This document shows positions 1 through 12,759 of a DNA stretch of 64,000 nucleotides, one piece after another (within the stretch, counting starts at the first letter, position 1; each line of letters begins with the position of its first letter). The notes beneath the pieces were generated by a model, which did no database searches, had not been told where the DNA came from, and was given only the letters and a program-made list of their open reading frames with translations. The DNA is from Octopus sinensis (taxonomy: Eukaryota), in contig NC_043007.1 of assembly GCF_006345805.1 (NCBI RefSeq), positions 53,010,001 to 53,074,000 of the forward strand, written 5' to 3'. The translations under genes and the position numbers were made by a program.

Positions 1-444
1 GAATAAGAGTGAGAGAGTAATAGATAATAAGATGTGGATAAAGGGTGACAATATATGGTGGATGATAATGCCAAATGGCCATGGGAAGAATGTGAAGTAC
101 ATGCAGATTTCATAAAGTACTTTATGCATATGCCTCGACACAAGATGGATGAGAGGCATAGAATGAGAAAGGGAGAGGTGGAGTGTTGGAATCAAGGTCA
201 GACAGATCCAGTAGGTATCCCATGTTCTAAAAGGATGAACAGAACATTATCATTAATCACACAGGCACCATAGTACTAAGTGAGTGAAAAGAAGAGAGTG
301 ATTGAAAGATGAGCAATTAGGATACTAGCAAGACAGGCATGGGTGATAAAGGTATAGTTGATAAATGCAGAAGTGACAAATGAGTGATAAGTGGAACAGA
401 GAGAAAATACATTATCAAGGAGGCCAAAAATATCAACTTGACAA

Positions 445-1110
445 TAGGCATGAAATCAAAAGGCTTCAAAGTTAACTTAGCAAAAACCAAAGTTTTAATA
501 AGTAGGAAAACAAACAGGACTGCTTCCATCAGGGAAATGGCTTTGTTCAATAGGTAGAAAAGGAATAGGTAAGAATTGCATACAGTGTGCTCAAAACTGG
601 TCTTGCAGGAGAGTTAACAAAGCAGACTATGTATGTGACAGATGTGCAGAAGCAATAAATACTAAAAATGCATGGGATATAGATTTTCTTGAATGCCCTG
701 GTAGATCCTGGAAGTAATGGGTAGCTTCTGTTAATAGTGGAGAAGAGTGCGCTAAAAGTATAGCTGCTAGATTAAGAACAAGTTGGAGAAAGTTCAGAGA
801 GTTATTATCTCTATTAATGACAAAAGGTTTCCCTAACAGAGTGTAAAGCAGATTGTATAATGCTTGTGTATGAACAGCAATGTTATACAATAGCCAGATG
901 TGGGTCCTGAATATATGTGAAGACAAAAAAGAAATGAAGCTAACATGCTCTGTTGTAAGTGCAATATAAGTGTGCATGAACAACAAGGTACAAATATGTA
1001 TTAAGAGAAAAATTGAGCACATAAGGAATCAGATGTAGTGTGCAAGAGAGAAACTACATTAGTATGCTCATGCGATGTGTATAGAAGAGGACAGTTGTAT
1101 AAAGAAGTGC
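445..1110 (+). mobile_element. Degenerate RTE-clade LINE fragment (RT C-terminal part)
   Basis: Broken translation MKSKGFKVNLAKTKVLISR ... PSGKWLCSIGRKGIGKN ... AKSIAARLRTSWRKFRELLSLLMTKG ... RLYNACV matches the better-preserved RTE copy at 5952-7795 (VNLAKTKVLISR, ITARIRIAWAKFRELLPLLVTKG). Contains stops and frameshifts. Confidence 0.75.
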
Positions 1111-1699
1111 CAATTGCTTCAGCATTTAAACCAGTCATATCCTACTTGTTTTATGTTCAAGCTCTCGCACCAACTCTACAATATCGTTCTAAAAATTAAC
1201 AGCTACCTCACCAAAATCTTCTGCCTCGTCTCAAGGCTCACCCTCCCATTTCATCCCAACTATCTTTATTTCTCTTTCCAGCTCCAGACCAATTATACAA
1301 CCTGCTCTTGTATCATACAAGCAGCCATGTTCCACCTTTATAGCAAGAAACCTGTTCCAGCTCCTTCCATCATACTTCAATCTTTCATCACCTCCCTCTC
1401 TACTTATAGTTCCATGTATCTTGTGAAGCTACAAGATACATGGCAACTGCACTTGTGCTGGTATCACAATAAAAGCACCAAATACACTCAGTAAAGTGAT
1501 TGGTATTAGTAACAGGATTCAACTATAGAAACCGTGACAAAGAAGACTAATGCAATCTTCAGACCTGTTGGATCTATCAGACCATCTAACCCAGGTCAGC
1601 ATAGAACATGGACATGAAAAGATGATGATAGTGATGATAATATTCACATGTGTGTGTGCATGCATGTGTGTGTACACACACAGACAGACCAATACATCC

Positions 1700-2720
1700 A
1701 TACATACATTCCTAGGTGAAGAGTGTAAATCCCAACATAGGCTACTAGTTTGTGTCTTCAGAATTAAGTCTAGAGAGACATGGAGAAGTAAATCATGCTG
1801 GACAAGATTATGGAAGCTCAAAGACCCAGCAAACCAACAAAAATTTAGAGCCATTCTACTAGAAGCCTCTGATGATAGAGAGGAGGAGGAAGGGACATAT
1901 AGCAAAGAGGATAATTGGAAGTTCCTGCAGGACAATTTATTGGGTGCCACTAACCAAATCTGTGGTTGGTGCGAAGTCCCAGCTAGGCCAAGGGTGATAT
2001 GGTTGTGGAACAAGGAAGTAGACAGTGCTATAAAAGCAAAGAAACAGGACTGGAAAACTGGTGGAAGTAGAGCATTATACCAGGGAGCCTGAAGGGAAGC
2101 TAAGTGACAGGTTTATATAGCAAAAGGAATAGCAGAAGCTAAGAAGTTTTCCAATGTCATACAGCATGAAGATCTGAGGCAATAGGTGTTCAGGATTGCA
2201 AAACTATCACAGAGAATAGAGATGTAGTATGTGAGAAATGTGTGTGAATGGATAATGATCTACTTGTGCTTAGTGACTTAGAGAAAAAAGATGCATGAAA
2301 ATATTATTATGAAAGTTTATTAAATATGGAGAATGATTACAAAGGGAGTCTTTCAAATACTGAACCAATCGAGAGACCAGCTATCAGAGTTGATAGTAGT
2401 ATCATAGATAGGGCAATTAAAGATATGAAAACTGAGAAAGTCCTGGACCATTAGGTATCACTGCCAAGATGATTAAAATATCAGGCAGTCACTCGCAAAG
2501 TTAATCAGTTTATTCAGGAAGACATTAACCCCAATGACTGGTGTAATAGTGTTATAGTTAGCTGCTACAAGGGTAAAAGTGATGCCTTAGATAGAAATAA
2601 CTACAGCGGTATCAAACTGCAGGGCCAGGGCATGAAAATTACAGAGAGTTACATCTTAGATGAAATGCAGTTTGGTTTTGTTCCAGGGAGAAGTACCAGA
2701 TACCATCTTCCTTCTGAGAA
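1700..2720 (+). mobile_element. Degenerate RTE-clade LINE fragment (end of APE domain, linker, start of RT)
   Basis: GEECKSQHRLLVC (end of APE), LWKLKDP, WLWNKEVDSAIK, then DEMQFGFVPGRST at about 2660-2700. The DEMQFGFVPG motif is the same as at the truncation point of the copy at 5952-7795. Confidence 0.8.
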
Positions 2721-4599
2721 ATCCTTAAAATAGCTAGGGCTGCATTCCAAAGACTAGTCTTTCTTGTCAGGGAAAGAAAATATTTCAAGCCCTAACAATT
2801 ACTAAAACTCTACAAAGTTCAAGTGAAGTCAACAATGGAATACTGCTCTCACATTTGAGAGTGCTGCTACTACAGACATCCTAGACTGCATCCCTGAGAA
2901 AGGTTACCCAACTGATAGGCATTAAAATTACAAGCAGGCACATTCCAGCTTCTAGCCCATAGGTATGGTATAGCCTTTTCTCTATCTTTTCCAGCACTAC
3001 AATATGGCCTGACCTCATACATCCTCTAATTAGGCATGCTTAACACAATCATGCCCTCGCGTCATCTGGATTTCTAACAGTGGCATTGTCTTTGCTCCTG
3101 TCACAATCTACATGGCTCGTTTAGAGGACTTATCTCAAAAATAATTTTGTTTCTCATTGTTTTTTAAATTTGATACAGCTTTGCAGCTTGCTGGATTCTG
3201 TCAAACCATTCAACCCATGCTAGCATGGAAAAAAAACATTAAATGATGATAGTGATTTGAGAAATTTAGGATGCTAGGAGTCTAATTTTGATTTGTTTAT
3301 TGAAATATTTGCTGTAATGTATTTCTTTATAGTGAAAATCATATAGCCTTGTTTCAACAACATTATTGTTGAGGATCATAAAAATTCATTATAGTGAAAA
3401 ATTTGTTCACCGGTATTTGTTATGAAAGAATTTTGATTGCATAACATGCCATTTCATTAATTAGGCTGGAGTTGGTATATTTTTACTCTCTCCATCTAAC
3501 TATAATATAATGCACTAAAATTCTCAGTTTCATAAATATCAACTTTACTGTTTTCTGCATTGAAAACAATAAAATCAGATTTAAGGTCTTCTATGAAGGT
3601 GGCTTTTGTAGAAGCAATTCTGTTTCTTAGAACAAGATGTTAGTAAATTTTGGATTTGGATTTTTGATTTAATTTTCATGTTATTTCCACTTTAAATTTT
3701 CTATGTTGTTTCCATTTTAACTTTTACTACTGATATGTGATTAGTCTAATTACAGATAAAGGAGACAGTAAGTTGTGCCATAAATTGAAGAGTAGTAGTC
3801 AAAGACTTCATGTACCAACTCCATAGTCCTGTCAACAACTCCTCTTATCAATCACTTATATAAATACATATTGTGTTAAAGAAAGTTATCAGAGACCTGT
3901 AAGAAAATTACCAGGAAGCCTACCTTGTTGTGGAGTTTTGCATAATTTGTCCTTGCTCTTGATAGCTTCAATATTTTTAAAGACCCCTTTGCCAGTGTTT
4001 CTTCAAGTGCATGAATTTTGTCCCTAGATAAAGTATTAAATTTGTGAGAATTAAGAAACAAAGCGGCATAGATATGGCTGTGTGGTAACAAACTCCATGG
4101 TTTTCAGTTCTATCCCATTTCATTGCACCATAAACAACTATATTCTACAATAATTTGGTAGATGCAGACTATACAGAAGCTTATTTTGTGCACATGTGTG
4201 TGTATAATATATTCATTATTAACAACAGAAGCATTATTAGATCAAGGTTAGCAATCTGTTTACATGCTTAAAGTGGGTATATGTTGAAAGCCTTGAGTAA
4301 GTATCTCTTATAGACATATAGTATTAACCCTTTCATTACTAACCCAGCCGTAGCCAGCTGAAAAATTTTTTGGTCCATAAGATCAACCCAGCCATATCTG
4401 GCCGAGAGTACCCATTGTTATTTGAATGTAAATTTGAACCCAAATCTCGTTAGTACATTCGTGAAAACATGTGATTTCACTTTGCAAACAGTTGAGTTAT
4501 TGTATCTGACATTGTTTGGTGTGATATTTGAACATGGTGAATTTTGGAAGATTTTTTTCCACATTGTTTTTGGTGTTAATTTTTTTCAGCTTTGAAAAT

Positions 4600-5940
4600 G
4601 GGGAGGAGTTTCGTGCTATCAAGTAATGATTCTGAATTTGAAGGCTTTTCAATAGAAGATATGGAGATATCGAGGAAAAGACTGAATGAGGTACAAAAGT
4701 ACATGGTGGACAAAATGAATCGGATATTTCTGTATCTGAAACTGAAAGCAGCAATTCTGATGAAACTGAAAGTAGCGACAGTGATATCGACAGCGAGGAT
4801 GATTTTACACCAGAATGGAGTAAAAACTTTAAAACATTTTTATTAATACCCATAGTATTATGACCCAAATACGATTTGTGAAACTGAATCAGTATTTACA
4901 TGTGAGAGATACTAGCAGTACCCCAGTACGTGGAGAACCAAACTTTGATCCCTTATTTAAAATAAGACCCCACATCGAGTGCGTTCAAAATGCATATAAA
5001 ACATTTTACAACCCTGGGAGATACTTATCCATTGATGAGGGCATGGTGGGGTATAAAGGAAGGGTATGCTTCCGATTGTATATGCCAAGAAAGCCCGCAA
5101 AATGGGGGATCAAAGTTTGGAAAATTTGTGAAGCAATTACTGGGTACAGCATGGCCTAGGGTATGATGTGGTCTGGAATTTATCACTTCTACCATAACCA
5201 GGGCCGTATATAATTGTTTGACTGATTTTTTAGTTCGGTCAAACTTGCAGTGGATTTAGAAGCTGTGGCAATGTATATGTGTGCTACAGTATTTGCTAGT
5301 AAAAAAGGGCTGCCGTTGGATATAAAAAAAGCAAAATTTAAAAAAAGTGGTGAAATAATCCAATGGCAGAAAGGAAATCTGATAGCAACCGCATACAGAG
5401 ATAAGAGGCAGATAAATTTTCTATCTACTAGTGCACAACCATGTGTAGATGAAAATGGCACCCCTTGATTATAACAAGTACATGGGTGGTGTGGATCGGC
5501 TGAACCAGATGATGAGTTATTATCCGGTTGGTAGACTGGGTAATAAATGGTGGTGATACCTGGTTTGGTATATAGTAAACATGAGCATTGTAAATGCATT
5601 TATATTATATACCAAATCAGGAGGGGTTCGCAAGCCATGCGACCATCTGCAGTTCCAAGCAAATGTAGCAACGCAGTTGAGGGCAGGTTATTCCTCGAAA
5701 AAAATAATTGCAGGAAGGAAAAGCAAAGCCTGCCAGAGAGATATTCCTCTGAGTTCAGCCGATCTACATAAATTAGAAAAAATCGGGGGTCGCAAAAGGC
5801 AGTACCATGAATGTCTACATCAACAAAGAAAAATTCTCAGTGGACAGCAAGTTGAAACATCTTTCCAATGTGCATTCTGCAAGGTTGCAGTATGTAGAGT
5901 GGGATGTTTTACAACTTTCCATGATAGAAATATTGTGTGA
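4600..5940 (+). pseudogene. piggyBac (PGBD4-like, DDE_Tnp_1_7) transposase remnant
   Basis: Acidic N-terminus SSNDSEFEGF; DPLFKIRP ... LSIDEGMVGYKGR ... YMPRKPAKWGIKVW; DYNKYMGGVDRLNQ at about 5470-5510; C-terminal Cys-rich domain QCAFCKVAVCRVGCFTTFH. Split by frameshifts and deletions. Confidence 0.88.
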
Positions 5941-5951
5941 ATATTGTTTGT

Positions 5952-7795
5952 ATCATCATCATCGTTTAACGTCCGTTCTCCATGCTAGCATGGGTTGGAC
6001 GGTCCGACCGGGGATCTGGGAAGCCAGAAGGCTGCACCAGGCTCCGGTCTTATCTGGCAATGTTTCTACAGCTGGATGCGCTTCCTAACGCCAACCACTC
6101 CGTGAGTGTAGTGGGTGCTTTTTGCGTGCCACCCGCACAGGTGCCAGGCGAGGCTGGCAACGGCCACGGTCGGATTGGTGCAATTTACGTGCCACTGGCA
6201 CGGAAGCCAGTCGAGGCAGCGATAGCATCGGCCACGATTCGGATAGTGCTTTTTACGTACCACCAGTCCAGGGGTCCTGGCAACTGCTGGGTGCCAGTCA
6301 TAGGATTGGTTCAATTTCGATTTCACTTGCCCCAACATGTCTTCGCAAGCAAAGGGGGTTGGCATGGGTGCCTGTTGTCGGATAAGGTTCGATATCGACT
6401 TCGCTTGCCTCAACAGGTCTTTGTGTCCAAGGGAGGAAAGGCATGCATAAGTGAGCTGGGCTCACTTGTCCTGCCTGGTCTTCTCACGTACAGCATATTT
6501 CCAAAGGTCTCGGTCGCTGGTCATTTCCTCAGTGAGGCCTAAAGTTCGAAGGTCGTGCTTCACCACCTCGTCCCAGGTTTTCCTGGGTCTACCTCTTCCA
6601 CGGGTTCCCTCAATTGCTAGGGATTGGCACTTTCTCACTCACCTATCTTCATCCATTCTCGCCACATGACCATACCAGCGCAATCGTCTTTCTTGCACAC
6701 CACAACTGATGCTTCTTAGGTACAACATTTCTCTCAAGGCACTAACGCTCTGTCGAGTATGTACACTGACATTACACATCCATCGGAGCATACTGGCTTC
6801 ATTCCTCATGAGCTTACGCATGTCCTCAGCAGTCACGGCCCATGTTTCACTGCCATGTAACATGGCTGTTCGTACACATGCATCATACAGTCTGCCTTTT
6901 ACTCTGAGCCTTTAGTCACCAGCAGAGGTAAGAGCTCCCTAAACTTTGCCCAGGCTATTCTTATTCTAGCAGTTATACTTTCAGCGCACCCACCCCCACT
7001 ACTGACTTGGTCACCTAGATAACGGAAGCTATCAACTACTTCTAGTTTTTCCCCCTGGAAAGTGACGGAAGTTGTTTTCTGCAGATTTTCGGAGGTTAAT
7101 GCTCCCGAGCATCTGCCACATACAAAAACTATCTTCCTAGTTAGCCTACCTTTGACATTGCTGCACCTCTTATGTGTCCATAGCTTACACTGGGTACATC
7201 TTATAGAGTTTCTACCTACACCTTTTCTACAGATCGAGCAGGGCCATCTTCCTGAAGACATTTGTGGATTGTCTACCTTCCTACTTATTAGTACTTTGGT
7301 TTTAGCTAGGTTGACTCTAAGGCCCCTCGATTCTAAACCCTCCTTCCACACCTGGAACTTCTCCTCCAGTTCTGATAGTGACTCAGCAATTAGAGCAAGG
7401 TCGTCAGCATAGAGGAGCTCCCAGGGGCAACCTGTCTTGAATTCCTCCATAATTGCCTGGAGGACTATGATAAATAGGAGGGGGCTGAGTACTGAACCCT
7501 GGTGGACCCCAACCTCTACTTTGAATTCTTCTGTGTACATGTTGCCAACCCTAACCTTACTTACGGCATCTCTGTACATGGCTTGCACAACCCTCACTAG
7601 CCATTCATCTATCCCTAGTTTCCTCATTGACCACCAGATAAGGGATCGGGGGACCCTGTCAAAGGCTTTCTCCATGTCAACGAAAGCCAGGTACAGGGGC
7701 TTATCTTTGACTAGGTATTTCTCCTGCAGCTGCCTTACCAGGAATATAGCATCAGTGGTACTTTCCCTGGCACGAACCCAAACTGCATCTCATCA
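5952..7795 (-). mobile_element. 5'-truncated RTE-clade LINE (RT plus 3' UTR ending in (GAT)n)
   Basis: RT motifs DEMQFGFVPG, FVDMEKAFDRVPR, GVHQGSVLSPLLF, LLYADDL, FRYLG. A 7-bp deletion at about 6905 relative to the copy at 25031-26250 causes a frameshift. The 3' end reads ...gacgttaaacgatgatgatgat. Confidence 0.93.
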
Positions 7796-8929
7796 TGTAT
7801 ATATATATATATATTAGATTGTATAAATATTTTTCAAATTTACTTAGTTTTACTTTTTATTTTAAGTTACCTGTAATTTTAATTTGCCTGTAAGGTGAGT
7901 AACAAGTTTTGATTTAATTTCTATTGTAAATCTTTATTATATATGTTTCTGTGTATTCATGTATGTATGTGAGTATATTTCATTTAGTTGTATTTAATTT
8001 TCTAGTTTTCTTCAAAAGCAAATTCCAGTATTTCAGTTTATTTTACCTTTATGGTACACCTGTTCTGTGCATTAAATTCAACTGATAATCTAGTGATGTG
8101 TGCAATTCTTCTATATCAAAATTTTGTTGCATACCCAATTAGATATTAGCTGATGACACATTTTCTATGATAATGTTTAAACAAAATTTTAATATTTTTA
8201 CATTTTGCTCAGTTTACTTGGATTTACCTGTAATTAGAGCCACTTTGAGACAAAAATTATGCAATAGAATTGATTAAGAACCCCTTCTTCAATTATGTTC
8301 CAAATATCAATATGTTGACAAGTAAAAAAGTTACAGTTGTTTAATGAAACTAGTCTAAATTCATGACTATTTTAGAATTTAATTGAAACTCATGAGGAGT
8401 GTATTTTGGTCAGAAATATAGTAACGAAAGGGTTAAAAACACAGAGAAATACTAGCAGCAGGTGAAGTTTGTTCGGCATTGGGGGTGAAATTGCCAGATC
8501 TAAATTTGTTTGTCAACTTCTTCAATAGCAAATATCTATGCCATCTCATGACAACCAAACATTGGCTGTCAACTGATGTAGTTAAACAGTGATTAAAAGA
8601 TCACTGATGTCACATTTAACCAACAGGATGAACAGAAATTCATTATTAGTGATGCAGGCAGTATTACTTAAAGATCAGTGATCTGTATACATATGTATAG
8701 TGCTAAAAACACTAATATATCAGCAGCAGGCAAAGGTTGCCCAGGATTCACAGTTAAATTGCTGAACGTAAATTTGTGCTTGTTAGCTTCATGAGAAGGT
8801 ATCTAATACATGCAGTATTTGCAGTTTAGCATGGATCAAATTAGTATACTAATTACCATGATAGATTTGGTCAGTATTTGTTGCATTGCATCATATGCTA
8901 TAAGTTTGGATTCCTGTATAAGAAGAAAT

Positions 8930-9300
8930 TGTGGGAACATAAGTTTCCCAAAGTAATAGAAAATAAGACATCACCATTCTTTAGGACTTTAGCATTCAAA
9001 CTGATTGAGCTATTCAAGTAAAACAACCACAATGACAAAACATTTGCTAATAAATATGTCAATCTCAGCAGGCTGCAACACTTCTGTGAAAACATTTGAA
9101 AAGTTAAATACAAGGACCTTAAAATAGAGGTCTCATATATATGGCATCTAAGAACAACAACTATACCTGTGATCATTGGAGCTTTGGGAATAATACCAAA
9201 TAGTGCTCTTGAACACTGTGGCCAAATACTAGGAAACTCAAAAGCATAAGAACTATAAAAGAAAATGTTCTCATTCTAAGAAAAACATTGTTAACCTACA
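8930..9300 (+). mobile_element. R4/Dong-type RLE non-LTR retrotransposon 3' fragment (degenerate)
   Basis: KYKDLKIEVSYIWHLRTTTIPVIIGALG matches the RLE C-terminus of the copy at 10430-11455. Confidence 0.7.
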
Positions 9301-9789
9301 AATACCTGATCCTCTTAAAACTTTTTCAAAACTGAAATATTACAAATTTAACAGAATCTTAGTTCTCAAATTCTGGTCTCTTTTCCTTACGATATATCAC
9401 TGCTAAACATAGATAACACCCATAATACTTGCTGTTACCTCTGGGTGGCACTGGAACAGCTTGTATAAATGAACAACAATGTAAACAACAACAATAATAA
9501 TAATCATCATAATGGTTTTAAATTTTTGCACAAGGTCAGCAATTTCAAGGGAATGAGTAAGTCGACTATGTCAATCCCACTGTTCAACTGGCACTTATTT
9601 GTCCAGAGTGCTAACAATTCTGTCAGCTCGAGGAGGAGGGGGATATGAGGAATTTGGGATGAAACATTACAATGGCACACACTGTTGCAGAATGCCCCAA
9701 GTTGGCCTGGGGAGAATATAAGAAATGAAGGCATGATCAAGTGGTGAAAGTTTTACACTGGAAGCTTTGTCAGAAATGGAAGTTTAAAG

Positions 9790-10145
9790 CTGGAAGCACA
9801 TAAGATATCATATCTTTAGGTAGAAAGAGTACTTGACTCAGAAAAATGCAATATTTTGTGGGATTTTTCAATTCAAATGGATAAGATAAAACAATAATAG
9901 ACAAGGAAAAGTGGATTTCCTTACTGATTATTCTGCCATGCGCATTTGATTCCAGGATTTTGAAGAAAGATGAAAAGTTAAAAACATTTATCCTCTTAAA
10001 ATTTGAGATTGCAAAGGTTTGGAATATGAAATCTGTAAAGGTTGTACACATAATAATGGAATAGAATATCCTGTAGAGATTCCACTGAAGATTTGCTTCT
10101 TAGGAAAGGGAAAGATCATCAGAAGGGTTTTCAGTACTTGATGGT
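9790..10145 (+). mobile_element. R4/Dong-type RLE 3' fragment (degenerate)
   Basis: ERVLDSEKCNILWDFSIQ ... FEIAKVWNMKSVKVV ... KIIRRVFST* follows the RLE C-terminal pattern. Confidence 0.65.
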
Positions 10146-10218
10146 TTACTGAAATTATGTGGATATCTAGAGTAACCCACTGCCCACATAAATACTACAG
10201 AAATAAGACCAATCTTGA

Positions 10219-10343
10219 GTCAAGTCAAGTCAAGTCAAGTCAAGTCAAATCAAATCAAATCAAATCAAATCAAATCAAATCAAATCAAATCAAATCCAAT
10301 CAAATCAAATCAAATCAAACAACAACAACAACAACAACAACAA

Positions 10344-10381
<38 letters not shown>

Positions 10382-10430
10382 ACAACAACGACGACAACGA
10401 CAACAACAACAACAACAACAACAACAACTG
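10219..10430. repeat. Compound microsatellite (TCAAG/TCAAA)n-(CAA)n-(CAG)n
   Basis: Read directly from the sequence. It produces the apparent poly-Q N-terminus of ORF 10215-11354. Confidence 0.95.
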
Positions 10431-11455
10431 TTCTCAGTATTTAAGGAGGCTGACAAATACAAACAAGAAATCATACCACCTAACAAATATAAAGAAGAAG
10501 AAGATGACGAAACAACAAAAGCTATAAAACAAATGAAATTCAAACTAAAACTAGAACAGCAAAGAACCATGATAAAACGATGGCAAGAAAAACCCCTTCA
10601 TGGTAAATACTGGACTAAACTAAATGCAAAAGAAATAGACAAAGAAACATCCCAGCAATGGTTGAGAAGCTCAGGACTCAAAGCAGAGACAGAGGGATTT
10701 TTAATTGCAGCACAAAACCAAAGCCTCCCCACCAGAAATTACCAAAAACATGTAATGAAAAGAAATATAACAAGTAACTGCAGAATATGTGGAAATGGAC
10801 AAGAAACAATAAATCATATTATCTCTGGCTGCCCAGTCCTGGCTAAGAAGGAATATATTCACAGACATGACAGAGTTGGAACCTACATACACTGGAAGCT
10901 ATGCCAACATTATGGAATAACAACAGAAAAAAGATGGTATAGGCACACACCAGAAAAGGTCACAGAAAACGAAAACGAGAAAGCAACCATACTCTGGGAT
11001 ATGCCAATACACACAGATAGAGAAATTAAGGCCAACAGACCAGATATAGTTGTCAGAGATCATGAAGAAAAAAAATGCTTTCTAATTGATGTATCAATAC
11101 CGGCAGATGACAATGTGTCTCTAAAAGAAATGGAGAAACTTTCAAAATATAAAGACCTGGAAATAGAGGTAACCAGAATGTGGAATCTAAAAACAGAAAC
11201 AATTCCTATCATAGTAGGTGCATTAGGCATGATAAAAAAATATTCAGACAAATACATAACAAAAACACCAGGACCTACAAACACATATAACATACAGAAA
11301 ATTGCACTACTAGGCACTGCACACATCCTACGCAGAACACTTTCCATACAATAACCATCAGAGCATCACAACAAATCACAGCACATACCCAAGGCACACA
11401 GAGCTGCGCTCGGTAGTGAAGTGAAAGCACGCTATAAAAAATAAAACTACTGAAT
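10430..11455 (+). mobile_element. R4/Dong-type non-LTR retrotransposon 3' part (CCHC knuckle plus RLE endonuclease)
   Basis: Open frame to 11354: WQEKPLHG, LKAETEGFLIAAQNQSL, CRICGNGQETINHIISGC, YIHRHD, ILWD, NRPDIVV...LIDVSIP...K (PD-D/ExK), IIVGALG. Followed by a short 3' UTR and (TAA)n. Confidence 0.92.
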
Positions 11456-11476
11456 AATAATAATAATAATAATAAT

Positions 11477-11688
11477 TCTTTCTACTGGAAACACAAGGCC
11501 TCAAATTTGGGGGAATAGATTAAGTTGATTACATCAACACCAGTATACAACTGGTACTTACTTTATCTATCCTGAAAGGATGAAAGGCCAAGTTGACCTC
11601 GGGAGAATTTGAACTCAGAATGTATTGACAGATGTAATACCACTAAGCATTTCACCCAGCGTGCTAACAATTCTGCTAGCTCACTGTC
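11477..11688 (-). mobile_element. tRNA-derived SINE, (ATT)n-tail subfamily
   Basis: Same consensus as the copies at 14310-15136, with a B-box-like GAGTTCAAATT on the minus strand. Bounded by (TAA)n. Confidence 0.8.
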
Positions 11689-11700
11689 AACATCATTATC

Positions 11701-11737
<37 letters not shown>

Positions 11738-11790
11738 TGATGATGATAATGATAATAATAATAATAATAATAATGATGATGATGATAATG

Positions 11791-11827
<37 letters not shown>

Positions 11828-11829
<2 letters not shown>

Positions 11830-12375
11830 CAGTACCAGGCAGTGGCTCTCATGGCTTCTGATCTTAACTGATTGGAAGTGTTATCATGTACATTGTTTTG
11901 TCTTGGTATAAAAGATGGGCTACAGCAAATATTCTGCTCAATACCACAGATTTGCTTGTCAGTTGTTTGACCGTAACCAGTTGAGCATGTCCCTTAGTGG
12001 CTGACGATATGTGCATCTCTGATCACGAGCAGAAGTAGTGGGGGAGCATCATAGCCATGTGTTGAGAGGGATTCTTTGGGGTTTGAATAGTTCACCTCTG
12101 GAAACATGGGTGGTTCTTTCAACATCCTTAAACAACCCTTATTCAGGGACCGTTTGAGCGGGATGGGCTACTCAACCTGAATAAAATTCTAACTGGGCCC
12201 CACCTGCAAGGTCATGTGCTGTTTATCTTGATATGAGATCACCATGTCGTACACATATGGTTGTGATGCATGTGCCTGGTGTACCTTTACAGACGGGTAG
12301 TCATGATGGGTATATTGGGCTTCGTATATTTTACCCCAGTGTCACTTTGATGGCATGAACTGCTCTCTCACTCAA
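11828..12375 (+). mobile_element. Probable LINE 3' UTR fragment bounded by (TAA)n tracts
   Basis: Non-coding 550-bp block between (AAT/GAT)n at 11700-11828 and (AAT)n at 12375-12410, with the same TAA-tail arrangement as the neighbouring R4 ends. Family assignment is inferred. Confidence 0.5.
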
Positions 12376-12409
12376 TAATAATAATAATAATAATGATAAT
12401 AATAATAAT

Positions 12410-12745
12410 AAGGAAGACAAAAAGATGGACAGTTACAACCCTCTTAAGTACAAAATAGCCCGACTATGGAAAATGAAGAGAGTGAAGATAGTGCCAATTA
12501 CTGTTGGGTCCTTGGAAACAGTATCAGAAGGCATCAAGAAGAATATACAGGAAATTGGAATAGAGTGCCCAGTAGAACTGTTACAAAAGGTTTGCCTCCT
12601 TGGCACAGCCAGAATAATCAGGAAAGTATTAGATAGCTGAAAAGAATGAATAGCATGGTACCGTAGGCTGCAGGTAGTAAGCCTGCTACACAGGCAAGAC
12701 TCCAGGAGCTCCAACAAAACCTGTGATAAAGGGAAAATAATAATA
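12410..12745 (+). mobile_element. R4/Dong-type RLE extreme 3' fragment
   Basis: YNPLKYKIARLWKMKRVKIVPITVGSL ... LQKVCLLGTARIIRKVLDS*, then a UTR and (AAT)n. Confidence 0.8.
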
Positions 12746-12759
12746 ATAATTACCTAATA

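Larger units (their letters stand above)
4328..8432 (+). mobile_element. piggyBac DNA transposon, defective, with a nested RTE insertion
   Basis: TTAA (4324-4327) then CCCTTTCATTACT at the left end; AGTAACGAAAGGG (8420-8432) then TTAA (8433-8436) at the right end. This is a 13-bp TIR with 1 mismatch plus a TTAA TSD, enclosing transposase remnants. Confidence 0.8.

Noticed and set aside
1-440. Possible minus-strand LINE RT remnant and 1130-1500 LINE-like stretch
   Set aside because: No motif could be read with confidence.
10215-10430. Apparent poly-Q/SNQIK N-terminal domain on the 379-aa ORF
   Set aside because: It is a compound microsatellite that happens to be in frame with a 5'-truncated R4 element. 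There is no real start codon or promoter.
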